From Schmidtea nova (Eukaryota): a stretch of 64,000 bases of DNA. A program made the position numbers and the translations under genes. Position 1 is the first letter of the stretch, and each line of letters opens with the position of its first letter. Where the stretch lies: positions 241,118,001 through 241,182,000 of the forward strand of contig CM097882.1 in assembly GCA_044892505.1 (NCBI GenBank). Direction: 5' to 3'. Under the pieces are notes generated by a model, which was given only the letters and a program-made list of their open reading frames with translations, was not told the DNA's origin and did no database searches. Shown here piece after piece: positions 36,001 to 48,789 of the stretch.

Positions 36001-39000
36001 CGTTACTCATCGAGCAATATAACTAGCGCCACTCTATATGATATTGCGTTTGTCGTTTTATGCATCCAAACTTAAAGGAGCCGGATCATTGTTTTCAATT
36101 TGTATTCAACTATTTCACATTTTTTAGTAACTTTTGTCTATTTTATTCAAATATCCAAAACTGAATCGTTTAAAATAAAAGCATTCTGGTATTGAAAAAT
36201 TTGTCAATTGGAAGAATTCCAGTTATTTGACTACGCAACGAGTATAATTCTTGTAAACTACATTCTGNNNNNNNNNNNNNNNNNNNNNNNNNNNNNNNNN
36301 NNNNNNNNNNNNNNNNNNNNNNNNNNNNNNNNNNNNNNNNNNNNNNNNNNNNNNNNNNNNNNNNNNNNNNNNNNNNNNNNNNNNNNNNNNNNNNNNNNNN
36401 NNNNNNNNNNNNNNTCATATAGATAAATTCATCACACACATATATACGAATTATCATCACATATGTGAAATGTCATCGCAAAATATCATCAAACGCACAA
36501 ATTATATAGAAAATCTATCATACACACTAGAAATACAGACAATAATAATCATAAAAAAATATTATAACACTAATGGCAAAAATATACACAAAATATTATT
36601 ACATTACACAAAAGCTTATCACATGCCCAAAATATTATTATACTATAATGCAAAATACAAAATAAAAATATCAAAATTACAATCATACTCAAAGGATTAT
36701 CACATTATAGTGCAAAAACATTAGAAATACACACAAAATATATCAAATTTCGTCACAATGTATCATATCATCAACAAATACTAAAGATTCACAAAAGATA
36801 TTAGAAATACAAACATAGTACACAAAAGATTATCATACTTTTGTTTGATAACATAGAAATATATATAGAAAATGTATTTCCGTTCCACATTTTTATCTAA
36901 ACTTTCAGGCAATCCTAATATTCTTTCCTTTGTTTTCATAATAAATTTGGGTAACCAATCTTTAGCTTCTTCCTCGTAAATTATTTCCTCATCAATAAAT
37001 ATGTAATCTATGTAAGCAGTGGATCCTTTTCTTATTCGACCATCCAATCCTAAGGCGTGATTCACGATTTCAGTGCGCATCTTTTGCCGTTAACAATGCA
37101 AGATTGATATTTCTACATACTTTCATCCACGCCAATTTGTAAGCATCGGATAGATTTTAAAAGGCCAATTTACCTCCCTTCTTCTTCCACTTTCTTATTG
37201 TTAAGTTACAAACAACTGACCGTGTCGGATTTGTTGGGATCTTACTTGGGATATCTGCCTGACATTACCATAGTAATTTCGGTGTACCAATTTCAAGAAA
37301 CCTTCAATTCTTTATCAAATATTGCCTCAACGGTTTTCCTACGAACGATCACACCTCGGGAAATGTGCACACTTCCAACTATAAAATGTTTTGATTCGTA
37401 AAGAAACTTCACATCTTCGATGATTAATAACATTCACACTCAACATCACATCATAACTGAATATGATCTTTCTAGAAACAAAACCATCAATGATAAAATA
37501 CTTTCCATTTAATTCTATTTAAGCACTGCTACTGCTGACTAATAATTTGGATCCAAATGCCTAACATACTCGAACATTCGATAGTGTGACTGATTGTGAT
37601 TGAACCACTTCTATCGTTTTGACATCGTTTTTCCGATCCATTTATCTTAATGAGTATTTCTTTTATAATTTCTTTGGGGCCGAAAGAAACTGTTGAATAC
37701 GCTCGATCCCTTTTACTTTGTCAATCATTTCACAATTGGCACATTGAATAATTTGTTTATTCGGACATTTGCGGGCCAGATGATTTTCATTACAAATAGA
37801 ACATTTTTTTCAATTTCCTTTTAAGGACAAATATCGGCCTATTGTTTGAAGAGAAATTCTGTCTAGAAACATCATATCCTATTGCTTCAATTGTTGTTGT
37901 ACGTTGACGTATGACTTCGACTGACAAGAAAAATTTTATCCGAAAATGAAATTTTTTTGAAAGAAAAAAAATTTAAAAATAAAAATAAATTTTATCCAAT
38001 CCAAGTTAAATTTGATCATTTAAGAAAGGATTAACAAATAATTAATTCAGAGAATTCAACAATAACAACATCTCGAGATAAAAAGATTTTATAAAATTAT
38101 TCAGCTTTTATTTTTACTTTTTCCGATAACGTATATATTTATTTGTTTTTATTAAATTGGTCTTCAGATATAATAAAATTATTTTTTTATATTTTAGTAA
38201 TATTCACTCATAAATTTATTTTACATAAACACTGACCCTAATTGTCCAAACATTTGACTGGACACTCTTTTAAGCCTAATTGCCTCTGAATGGTAATTAT
38301 ATTTTATATTCATTGACATAATGAAATAATGAAATAACAATCATCATTACGAACAGGGCCGGTTTCAGCTGGAAGCTGTGGATGCAAAGCATCAGGACTC
38401 TTCTTGTGAATAGAGAATAAAAAATAGAATTTTAGTCTCTATTTAAATGTCAATACAAAACCATTAAAAAAATTTGAAAAAAATTTATTTTAAATAAAGT
38501 TTCCTTGAAAAACTACGTGCCTACTTGTTTTAAAAGTGTTAAAGAATTGTTTTGTTATTCCACAAAAAAATCATTTATCCATGTACAAATTAATTCATTG
38601 TATGTTATGTTACAGAATAATATTGTTTCAATAAAATTAAAAAATATCTAAACAAAATAAAAGTTGTATTTCAGTTGAAAGAGAATTATTAATTTTTAAA
38701 TATGTTTTTATTACAAATTTACCATTGTCAATTGAATTCTTGTAAGTTCAACAAACCAATAAAATAATACTCCTAGAAAATTGGCGTCTGAAATGTGCTG
38801 TGCATAGGGGCGCTACTAATGATAGATTCGGTCATGATTACCAATAAACTTCAACCGTGTTGTGTTCCAATAAATTAAATTAGTTAAAACAATTGAGTTT
38901 TTCATACCGAATTTTATTTCGTAAATTTGAAAAAAACATAAATATTTTAAAACGTAATTATTCTAGTTACTGGATCCAAAAACGAGGAATATTGCCTGTG

Positions 39001-39514
39001 TTGGGGACTACAGCACAATGAGATATATGACGATGTTGAATTGCTCTAGGTTTACTATCGTTTCCGAAGTTATCGAGGCTACCTTTATAGGCTTTGTCAT
39101 ACCAAAAATGGCTGATTATAAAGATGCATTTGACAAAGAGTAAGATAATCATTTTTAATAGAAAATAAACTTATTATTAAAATAATAATATAATATAAAC
39201 TCATAAACCTTTTCCGCAATGTTATTTATTTGAAATACTTTGATCTGTATATTTCAGCAAAAGAATTATGTATAATTCGTATATGGAAAGTTTACTAGTA
39301 AACAAATTTGCAAAAATATTTATTTTGAAAGTGGTATATATCTCAAAATAACATAAACGTGACTTAAACCACTTCCAAAATTAACGGTCCATATGATTAA
39401 AGAATTTGTATATAAAATAAAATTTATTTGATTATTTTATAATTTGTTTGAAGAAATTGAAGTAAACATAGGCTTTAGTATTCTGGGTAACTATAGCTTG
39501 AAGATGAAATGGAG

Positions 39515-39570
<56 letters not shown>

Positions 39571-42500
39571 GCCTTAATTCAAGGAATTTTTATCACTGCA
39601 CAAATGGTAGTTTTTCAGACGTGCCTTTATTGAGGAGCCGGGAGTTATATACCCCTCCATTGTAATGACAATAGCCCCCTCCAAAATTTTGAAAATTTGA
39701 GTACATGGGTGCTTTCATTATACACCCCACATACCCCTATGTGGATGAACCACCCCCCCCAAGGATAAATTTCTGGCGGAAACCCTGTTGAGGAGAATTC
39801 TTTTCTAAAACGGTGTTTGATCTAAACTGGTCAGTTTTGGAGGTGCAACATCTACATATTTAGGACCACTTGGGAGATTTGTGTTTTTGGGGGTAAAGGA
39901 AACACATCTTGATTAAACACTGCCTCTAAAATTGACAATGTAATAAATTGGTTTTACCTTTATGTCTGCACAAAATGCTGAATAAAATTGTAAAATGAGC
40001 AAGAAGCTAATTTTCATTTTCGATACCTATATCGAGCAACAAGAATGTTTTCAATTAAAAGTTTTCCATGACTCATTGTTCAAACATGAATGTGAAATGA
40101 TCGGAAATGCCCTCCAATTTGTTTGATTAATAATATAAACAACAACACTAAACAGATAATAATAATGAAATTGATACAAACACAGGACGTGTGTGTGAGA
40201 GAGAGAGAGAGAGAATAAACACATAGAAATCATACAAACATGACATGCATCAAAATTTCCTGTTTTGTAGTTTCATATTAAATGTTTCCGTTTCTTCTGT
40301 GGGACAGGGGGATATGAAAATGTTTTTTAACCATTCTTAGTCTTGAGTCTTTGGAGTATCTCTGACTCTTCTTTTTTTTGTAGTCATCCATTTCATCACC
40401 GCAGACCGTGGGTCGAAGGCAGAGAGAAGTGGCATGTTCATAAAAATGTGCAGATAGTTTTTAATCGTTTTCCTATCCAAACAAGAGCGAGAAGAAGTTT
40501 TGAGTAGATTGTATGCTGATATAATTCTTTCACAGTCAGCAGAATGGGGCTTGCATACAAAAATTCGGCTGAACACTTTAGCTAGCTCATCATATTGCTC
40601 AGACTTGCACATTTGCTGGAGTGTCTCCAAAGGTTTTTTGTTCTCGTTGCGATTTTGCAAAACATCCGTATATTGGTCATTAATCGTAGCCAGGTCAAAG
40701 TCAGGAGCAAATGTGTGATGAACACTCCGTATATCCTCATCGTTCGTCTTGAACGTTACAAAATTTGCGGTGGCATTTGTGTATGTGTCACTGAGAGCAA
40801 GTCGCGATTCCATGAAATGTTTCATTGTTAGAACTATTTCTTGCCGAACAGCAGAAAAGTCTCTTTCTTCTGACACAAACATATTTCTCGCAACCATTCG
40901 ACGTTCTTTTTCCCAAAGTTGAACACCATGTAAAACATTCTCAGGTGTAAGATTCTCGCAGAGAGCTTTTTCCCATCCTCCAAGCAGAGGTTTTCCTTGT
41001 AGAGTTTCCAGCTTTTTGAGAAAATGGGACACTTCTTTGGGCAAGTTGACAATGGTGATTGAGTCAGACTGCAACCGCTTTTGAAAATTAGTTAGGAGAA
41101 AAGGTAGATCAGCCATGATAGCCATCAGTTGGATATTTGTTTTGTTCGATAACATTTTCCTAAATTTCTTGTTTCGAGAACCTTCCACTGTGCTGAAATA
41201 CTTTGTTAGAGCTCGCCAGGAAGAGAGAACAGCATCCAAGAAACAGCAACTGTTTCGAGCTCGGTTGAACGCTTAGCGCTCATATGAAAATAAGTGGATA
41301 TACCAGAAACCTTCTCGAGTAAATGAGATATGTCTGTCACATTTTTGCATAGATCCTTGAAAGCCAAAGTCGAACTATGAACACCACAGACGGATTTAAG
41401 TAAGGGCAAACTGCTTTGTCACTCTTTTCGTTCTCGATCAAGCAAAGGCCAGAGGCCTTCGTGTTTCCCGACATTTATTGGTTCTCCATCCGTCGACAAG
41501 TGTGTGATTATGTTAAACAAGGCATCAAAGCCAACTGTTTCTTCTGATCCTTCTTTGATTGCCTTTAAATGTTCAGTTGCTCCACTTTCTGTGACTTGCC
41601 CGATGCCAATGAATAGTAAACGTTCATGGCCATTGAGGTTTATCATTTTTATCAGTTTGAACTGGTGCTCCTTTTGAGTGCGATCCATCGAAGAATCAAA
41701 TCGGAAGGAGGCAACAAGACATGTTTCGATCTCACGCTTGAAGCGTGGCATATCTGCCACTGCGATTGCTTCCATCATCTCGTGCTGTGACAGAGGAGAA
41801 ATATATTGTAGGTCTTTGTTGGATGATGAGAAAGGAGTGAATGGCTCATTAATGTGGAATAATTTAGACATTTCCGCAGCAACTACGCGAGATGGGAAAG
41901 AATAGGCTGAAATTGTTAGATTTTTGGCATCATTGTACACATGGTACATCAGTCCATTGATTTTATCGGCAAGAGTAGTGTTCATTTGGTTGATTGATTT
42001 AATAAGAGGAACTTCTTGAAGGTTTTGAGACATCAATAGGGACGCAAGTCGAGCTGCTTTATAACTCTCCTTATGGATGTCACTATTCAAATGTATTTTA
42101 ATTACCTCGCTTTGATGTTTAGTCCCACTTTCAGTGCATATTGGCGGTAGCCTCTGCTGTAGCAGAACCATTTAGCAGTGTCTTGTTGTTCTATACAAAT
42201 ACGGCATCGCACACTTTTGCGCTGGCCTTTGTGGTTTGGCACATTTTCGACACAAGAGAAGCCAGCTGGTGATTTATGATCAACAGAGTTCTGCAGCGCA
42301 ATAGACGAAGAATCAGTTGTTTCAATGAAATCCGTATTCTCAGACACATCACACCTAGAATCAGTAGACACATGAGGATCAATACACTTCTGTGATACAA
42401 TGGACGAAGAGTCAGACGATTCAATATTATCAATGGAGTTCCCGGCTACAACACATGAAGAACTGGTTGATGGAATAGATTCAATAGAGTGCAATTCACT

Positions 42501-43234
42501 GACTGAAGGAATGTTTGGAGATGGTTTGAAAAACGCGAAGATGTTTGTTTGGATTGACATGACAAGAAAACCTGAGCTAATTCAATCACAACTGAATGCT
42601 GGGAAATGAATGCACGGACAGCGGAAAAATACTTAGTGCGCGGTTCACAAACTGGTTGTAGGCGAGTCTACTGTTTAAAAAGGGCCAAAGGAGGGTATGC
42701 TTCAACACTTAAACGAGGGGGAGGAGACCGTAGACTGTATTCAAGCACATTTTATTCACACGCATGGGTTCCATTCCAGTATTAGATAATTTTATAAACT
42801 ACACTATGTATTGTTTCGAAACATAAGAAAGTAGCTACTAAGACTATGGCTAAATGTTTTCTGAAACACTAAAGCCACGAATTAATTGACATAATTAGAA
42901 AACCAAATCTTCTTTTGGCGAGAATCGCGCTTGTAATAACATTAAAGAAAAAAAGAAAAGGCATATAATTTATTTTTTATTGGATTAAAAAAATAATTTA
43001 CTCTTTATTTCTTGTAGAATCCAGACTTTGAGTAATACTGGAGTAATATCGAAATGGTTTCTGGAAGATCTGAAATCTAATACAGACAATTGTGCACTAG
43101 CAAGTTCTGATCCTGCCCCAATTGATCTTGAAAATTCGGCTGGCATTTTCATTGTGACATTAGTCATTTATATATTGGGATGCTGCCTTGTGTTCCTTGA
43201 AATGTTTTTGCGGCAATGTGTAAAAAATAAATAA
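12954..43234 (+). CDS. Divergent ionotropic glutamate receptor / ionotropic receptor (IR)-like channel; multi-exon, 5' end unresolved
   Basis: Exons with compatible phases and GT-AG sites: ..13049 (NKTMNICAII), 13098-13207 (KAPYF..SGFFTKILSNLGEKLNF), 17783-17876 (PSDGRYGA..GCVGDV), 17930-18425 (SFTINDERMRVVDYTYP, M1, M2 IWRSVGVIFMQG; contains an N-gap), 20469-20558 (M3 SRMVTAFWWIFSAIILTVYS), 33060-33187 (ADLTSFLT..), 33837-33905, 38967-39139 (GDYSTMRY..C..GFVIPK), 43018-43234 (KWF..C..IDLENSAGIF, M4, stop). An in-frame TAA at about 12951 leaves the start uncertain. Confidence 0.88.
15063..17686. mobile_element. Non-autonomous Maverick/Polinton-type element with long TIRs
   Basis: Termini AGTAGAGTAGGGGGAGCGCCC... 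/ ...GGGCGCTCCCCCTACTCTACT with an exact 6-bp TSD TACATT (15057-62, 17687-92). Repeat-rich inverted arms; about three 155-bp tandem units at 15660-16070; no coding capacity. Confidence 0.8.
20766..23226. mobile_element. Non-autonomous TIR DNA transposon with subterminal 15-bp tandem repeats and internal cargo
   Basis: GGACAAAATGTC-type 15-mers at 20773-20860, inverted at 23090-23220. ATTTAATC flanks both sides at equal distance (candidate 8-bp TSD). Superfamily not determined. Confidence 0.6.
22593..23000 (-). pseudogene. gag: Gypsy gag fragment, near-identical to gag at about 26920-27290
   Basis: ETFTIKMSILDKIKDLATIRQDDKERFATFEIRVLKIVEEVLYSG.. matches ORF 26555-27166 almost exactly. Confidence 0.9.
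23555..24800. repeat. Dispersed repeat (LTR-like or retroelement non-coding fragment), related to 46265-47850
   Basis: 24170-24790 aligns closely with 47230-47800; both copies start with the conserved module. Confidence 0.75.
26600..27795 (+). pseudogene. gag: Gypsy gag, frameshifted, with two zinc knuckles
   Basis: ORFs 26555-27166, 27139-27519 and 27556-27795; CFCCGEE*HRRFEC and CLICGKNGHNFRNC. Confidence 0.85.
27860..30894 (+). pseudogene. pol: Gypsy pol (protease, RT, RNase H, integrase) with stops and frameshifts
   Basis: LWDSGASIS (protease); PWNAPLVIV, LPFGL, YLDD (RT); DTDA..VGAVL, ELLA (RNase H); VDVA..IIDRFSK, SDRG, SNGLVER, GPYKI (integrase). Confidence 0.95.
31130..33009 (-). 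mobile_element. Internally deleted Mag-type gypsy remnant with LTR-like direct repeats ending in (TA)n
   Basis: Direct repeats of about 240 bp at 31130-31371 and 32775-33009; minus-strand PBS TGGTGTCAGAA (tRNA-Leu-like) near 32745-32755; Gln-rich gag start; 32156-32200 matches the protease region at 49785-49825. Confidence 0.65.
31372..31950. repeat. 579-bp near-perfect palindrome (foldback element)
   Basis: Arms 31372-31657 and 31665-31950 (286 bp, about four mismatches by eye), 7-nt loop; left end abuts (TA)n. Confidence 0.95.
34270..34450 (+). pseudogene. Possible hAT C-terminal dimerisation domain remnant
   Basis: WTRIYSSLFPNLAKLAMF followed by a degenerate SS..RVF segment. Confidence 0.4.
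40337..42560 (-). pseudogene. hAT-superfamily transposase (KIAA1586/ZNF862-like), split by frameshifts
   Basis: Zn-finger-like CRIC..HLNSDIH; FRFDSSMD and LSTDGEPINVG (catalytic Asp motifs); CGVH (CxxH); PHSADCERIISAYNLLKT (dimerisation domain with catalytic Glu). Lies in the last iGluR intron; TIR pair not found. Confidence 0.9.
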
Positions 43235-43974
43235 AATCAAGTATACACTAATATTCAAATTATTTATAAATTCCTAATTTTAAAATAAAATTATCATTTA
43301 CTTCAGAATCTAAATATAAAAACTCATTTTTTATAAAAATGCATTCAGTGAAGTTCTCTAGGTCAGTGTTTCTGGACCGTCTATCCGCGAAAATCTTTTT
43401 TTTAATATACTACTACTTTTATTTCTATTTTATATTTCAATGGAAAATTAACCACAGCCACCGAAATTGGTTTAGCTGCTTCGAAATTAAAGTAGGTCCG
43501 ACTAACCGAATGTCTGTTCATTTCTTTAAAAATTCCTTCTGGGCTAGTAGGCCGTTTGGGAAAGCAGAAATCTTGGCAATCTTTTCACTGGTGCTGACTG
43601 GGAATGCATATTCAACATTTGATTATCTGGAAAGGTTTTGGGGACAGTTTTATTGGAATATGTGTTCTCAACATAAAAAGAGACATTTGGTAAAACGCCC
43701 TGAATGGAAGTTGCCGAATTGAAGAAATCTCAGTGGAAACCAAGAGAAAATCGGGAAATCCACGTTGGAAATCTCAGAATACTGATGAAAAACGCAGAGA
43801 AATAACCAGATATCCTGTTAAAACTATTCTTTTTACCACAGAACCTAGCAGCCAACATAAGAGCCAGACATGATGCTCGTTCAATTTCTATACCGAAATA
43901 GGACAAAGAATACTGTCAAAATCATATGGACTGGATTTGATAAGACATGCTTGCGTCACTTTCAGGAGTCATGG

Positions 43975-44225
43975 TAAATGCTACGAATGTAGTAAAGATG
44001 GTCACATAAAGTCTCAATGCACGTATTTCAAATGTCACAAGTGTGAGAATTCTGGTCACTACAGAAGAAATTGTAGAATCATACATCTGGAAATGATATA
44101 GTTGATCCATCTTCTCAGTTAGGATCAGTAAATGGAATGTTCGCGCACCACTAATACTGATTCAAAAATATGGAATGACAAATAGAACACTTATGGATGC
44201 CGGATACTCACAAACTATGACGGTA
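43975..44225 (+). pseudogene. Decayed gypsy gag knuckles and protease remnant
   Basis: CYECSKDGHIKSQC and CHKCENSGHYRRNC, followed by RTLMDAGYSQT. Confidence 0.7.
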
Positions 44226-45559
44226 GGATACTGAAGTTCTGGGATCAAAGGAAATGTATTGCTGATTGGAATTATTAAGTTCACTTGCTGTGGAATATAT
44301 ATCATCCATTGGTATCAATCATAGATAAAGAAATTAATTTAAATGTTTTAGTTAATCATATGGTGAGTCCAAAATGTGAGGTTTTGTTATGTGTGGATGC
44401 AGCGATAATAACTCAAATTTAAAGAATTATCTTCTCAATAACAGTATAAAAAGAAAGATGGGAAAAGAATTGAACCGCCAGTTGGTCATAAAGAATAAAA
44501 TTAAAGAGTAAATTGCAGAGTTCTGAGGAAGCTAATAGAATAAAGTGAGAAACGATTTTAATAAAACGTATTAAAATAAAGCGATCAGAAGAGGCTATTA
44601 CCCATTGAGTTATAGGCATTATCGTTGAGTCAAATCAGATTTCGAGAGAAAGTGCAAGTTATTGGAAAATTGTAAATTGTTTGTATCAAAGACGAATTGT
44701 ACTGAGTGATGACCATCAAATAAAATATTCTGTTTTAGGAATTATTGATTTTCGATAGAAAAGGACACGAGAAGTTAGATTTAGCACCGATCTATTATTC
44801 AAAGAAAATAATCCAACAGGCATCTGCTCCTTGTTTTTCTATAGATCTTATTTAAACCTCTTAATTCGCTTTGATTCTTATTTCTCAATAATTCACTCAA
44901 TAATTCAATAAATAATCCATTTCAATAATAATTTTCTTCACTAATTAGTCTCTACTAATTCATCAATCTATCTGTTGTGGTCTTTTCTCTAATATGTTGC
45001 CATTCTGTGGAACCTGCTCTTATTATTTCCGACAATTGTCAAGATACATGATTTTCTTTATAACAGTAGGTGGATGTGATCATTTTATACCACTATGAAT
45101 TATCGAGAGCCCCCATATCAATATTTCGATACTATTAATTCTTAAGTGTTACTATCGATTTAAAAGTGTTACTATTTATTTTCAATTTCTACTGTTGATT
45201 TTCAATTACTAAAATGTGAAAATGTGTTTTTTCTGTACAAATCACAGTTTTTCCAGATCTTTCGAGATTCATTTGTTATATGAGATTATTGAGGTTGTTT
45301 TGTCGGTTAATTATATTGTGGTTTCCAACTGAAAAATTATGAAAAATTAAATTTTTCAGGATTATTTTCAAGAAAAAATTACAATAAATTTTTATTACGG
45401 AAATGGCTCCAGGAATCCATTTTCGATTCAAAATTTCGAATAATCTACTCGGCCAATCTCAATGTGTTATGTATCATTTAACTATAAATCAAATTCTCCA
45501 TCTTTTGACCAAAAGAAATTTTGAAAGATATTGATCTTCAAATGCTTTGTTTTTCCCAT

Positions 45560-46270
45560 TAACTGAAACAATGTATTGATATACTGGATTTTTATATTTT
45601 CTGCTCAAACATAAAGTAGGTGTTTGCTAGAATAATAGTGAGAAGTTCAATGATATCTTCTGTCTGCATCTCCTTTACCATGAGTTTCCATTTTATTAAC
45701 TTTTTTTCTATTCATAGAATTTTTAAGGTAAATAGAAGTGAAGAGGTATACCACATCGACGCTAAAGTGAAAATTGAATTTTGTATAGGTTGTTTTATCT
45801 GTTTTATTCAATTTTGACATGAGACAGTCACTAATTTAAGATGGTGTAGTATTCGATTCAGTAATAGTTTTAGAGTTTTGGAGAGAAGCCAACTAACCTT
45901 GGTTGTCGGATACTTTGTATTAGATACAATTGGTCTAATCTTGATCATGGGACCATTTTTGTGAGTTTTAATTAAACAGTGAAATTTTGGAAGGTCGGGG
46001 TTTTTGATTAAAAAGCTTTTGATAGATCTTTCTTTGATATCTATTTTTATGCTGACTTTTTTGAATAATTTGTTAATCCTCTCCACAATGGTGTTTGCTG
46101 ACATGCATTTCGTCTTTTTTATGTATTTGTTTCGTCGAAGGGTTTTTAGACTGCTTTACATTAACGGCTTTTCTTATTATGAAAGTTTTGTCTCTTTTCT
46201 CGCCTGGAAGATAGATCTTTGGTTTTCGTTTAAGAGACACCAAAGTAGCTTGCTAACAGATCGTTAAATT
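45560..46270 (-). mobile_element. Penelope-like element reverse transcriptase fragment
   Basis: LPKFHCLIKTHK..IRPIVS..TTKVSWLLSKTL, then FSVDVVYLFTSI and IIELLTIILANTYFMFE, all typical PLE RT motifs; frameshifted. Confidence 0.8.
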
Positions 46271-47850
46271 TGCTGGGTTTATGGGTGGGTTTTGAATAAT
46301 TAATAATAAATAAATAAATAATAATTAAACAAACAATCATAACTAAGTATACTAGAGATGCCTCACCCATAACCATACATAAAAAACAAATCGTCTCACT
46401 CGCACGCCCCTAACTATTCCCTATCTAGTTAGGTTGGAACTGCGCGCGGTGGTTGAAAAATGATGGGCAGGTGAGCTCCATCGCTGGAACTTCTCCCCAT
46501 TTATTTTCACGGGTTCCCGCTGCCGCTAGAAGGTCTTACGCGTTATTCTCTCAATAACTACGCTCAAATTCCTTAAAAAAAATTAACAAACGTCTTTTAA
46601 ATAGAGATTTTATTTAGCTACAAACTCCTTACGCTATATAAAACCCAAAATAATGCGCTGCACCTTAAAATTATATTTATTTATAAAAACTCTCGAAAAT
46701 CTCCTTTACTCAAAATCACCGCTATGTCGTTGCATTGCTATGCGTAACAAAATCTATTGATCAAGTTAGTCTTGCTAACATTTTAATTCTGAAATTAAAT
46801 CGCTACATAAGATGTAAAATTCCTGTAAAACTCCAAAATTATCGCTGAAAAATGCGCAAACCTCAAAACCTATCGTTCAACACTCAAAAATCCTATCACT
46901 ATATGAACCCTCAAAATCTATCGCAATTACCAAAACTATTCTCTATGTGTAACGATTCATTATGTGCAACCGAAAAAAATATCCGAAAAATCCCAGAATA
47001 CATAAATTATAAAAAGGTACAACCGCCGTGTGAAGCAACGAGGCTCCACAATGACGACTATGTCTCCCTCGCCGCGTTAGCAGCATAGGAAGCATATCTA
47101 TATAAAAATTGTATATAATGACTACAATAATACTCATCATCGAATATTTATTTTCGGAAAAATTAGCCTCAAAACTTTACTATGACCATTTGATAACAAA
47201 TTACCCAACACATCTCACACAAAAATACTCAAATAACACAAAAATACCCGTTCGAAATTGATCCACACGACTGGCGAAATCAAAACCAAAATTTTGCTCT
47301 CAGTAAATTAATGCCAAGTAAGTTTAGATTGTGATTTTTCAGCATCTATTTATACTAATTTTACTGACGCTTAGATATTTTGTTATTTACATAATTTATT
47401 AACAATTTAAACTTACTTATTAGTTTTAATAAGTGAGCATTTATTTATCTTTCATAAATTTAACTTTATAATTTGATTTATTTATTTCGAAAATATTTGT
47501 TTCTAATTCTATTAAATTAGGTGTGTATCTATTGTTTTATTGTGCATTTATTGATTAAAACAATCTAATTTTAAATCTATTTTCATTCCTATCTCTGTTA
47601 ACTTTTGCGATATTTCAATGGGGATTTATTCTATAATTTTTAATAAATTATTTTCTTTATTTTGATACTGATTTTACTCTTTGATCATGCTTTTCATAAT
47701 CACTTTACAAGCACTGATCTTCCCCATTCAATTCTCATGCGGTCCTTCGTGTGTAAATCCGACCTGCACTCAAATTGTGTGCTCTTCCTTGAGATGCCTC
47801 TTTTTTATCGCTTCAACCCTATCTCGATCGACTTATAAGATGCGGTTCGT
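46265..47850. repeat. Dispersed repeat related to 23555-24800
   Basis: Shared conserved module and about 600-bp aligned 3' part. Confidence 0.75.
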
Positions 47851-48789
47851 ATGACTACTATTGTACTTAACTGTTTTTATTTTCCTTGCGTTATTTTACT
47901 GCTTAACGTCTTGTCGTGCGTTTCTCTTTGTTTCTCATTGTATGTATTTAATTTTTAATAATTTTTAATTAAATTCTATTTTTGATTTCACCAGCCCAAC
48001 AAATTTGACATTTTGTTTCTTTCTCGTTTTTAATTAAATGTATACAATTTCGTTGAAAACTTTCGATTGAGTCGCATCTAGTTTTGTAATAGGATAGGGA
48101 GTGTAAAATATATGCCTATTCATGAACACAAGATACTTTCACTGATTATAGGTCTTAAAAATAAGATAATATCATTTGATTCGGTACGAAAAACGACCTA
48201 TGTGGCTTTGAAATCAAGCAAGGTTTCATCAGTAACTTTGCTGTTTAAACTGAATTTTGGACTGAGATAGTAACTACTTTTCACTGTTGGTTAAGCTGTT
48301 TGTGAAATCGGATACCTATTTATTTTATCATTATTAATAGAAATAATATCGTCTGATTTATGTTTGTTCGTATTGGTGCCTGTGTTCGGTTCTTATCAGT
48401 GGCAACGAATCAACACAGGATAAGTTGACTTTAAAATTTATTATTGGTCTCCAAACGGTAATCTTTATAATTATAATAATATGTGTATAGTGTAAATAAA
48501 ATTAATTATAGTTTAAAAATATTTATTCAACAATAAAATCTACAATTTAATTTACAAATGAAAATTACAAATAAAATAGCACAACTGCTGCTTTAATATT
48601 ACTAAGCAAGAAATAGGTTGTTAAAACCGTTTTCAGAAGTTTAGGAATGAAAGCTGGATCTTATAATCTCACAGCTCTGACTGGTGTTAAAGTAAACAAA
48701 GATTTATGGGATGCCCTTAAAATTACCGCTTTAGTATCAATCCAGAAATTGGTTGATACTTTATCCTTATGTGTCCATCTAAAATTTAA

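Noticed and set aside
17001-36460. ORFs spanning N-runs or (TA)n/(AAT)n tracts (poly-X, IYIYIY, poly-I/N)
   Set aside because: Artefacts of gaps and microsatellites; only 17975-18439 overlaps a real exon.
36781-37500. 99-aa minus ORF and adjacent decayed coding-like sequence
   Set aside because: Probably a transposon remnant, but no motif could be recognised, so no product is called.
39569-42780. Complete TIR pair for the hAT transposase
   Set aside because: CAGGCC at 39569 and AAACCCTG at 39788 have no matching partner beyond 42600.
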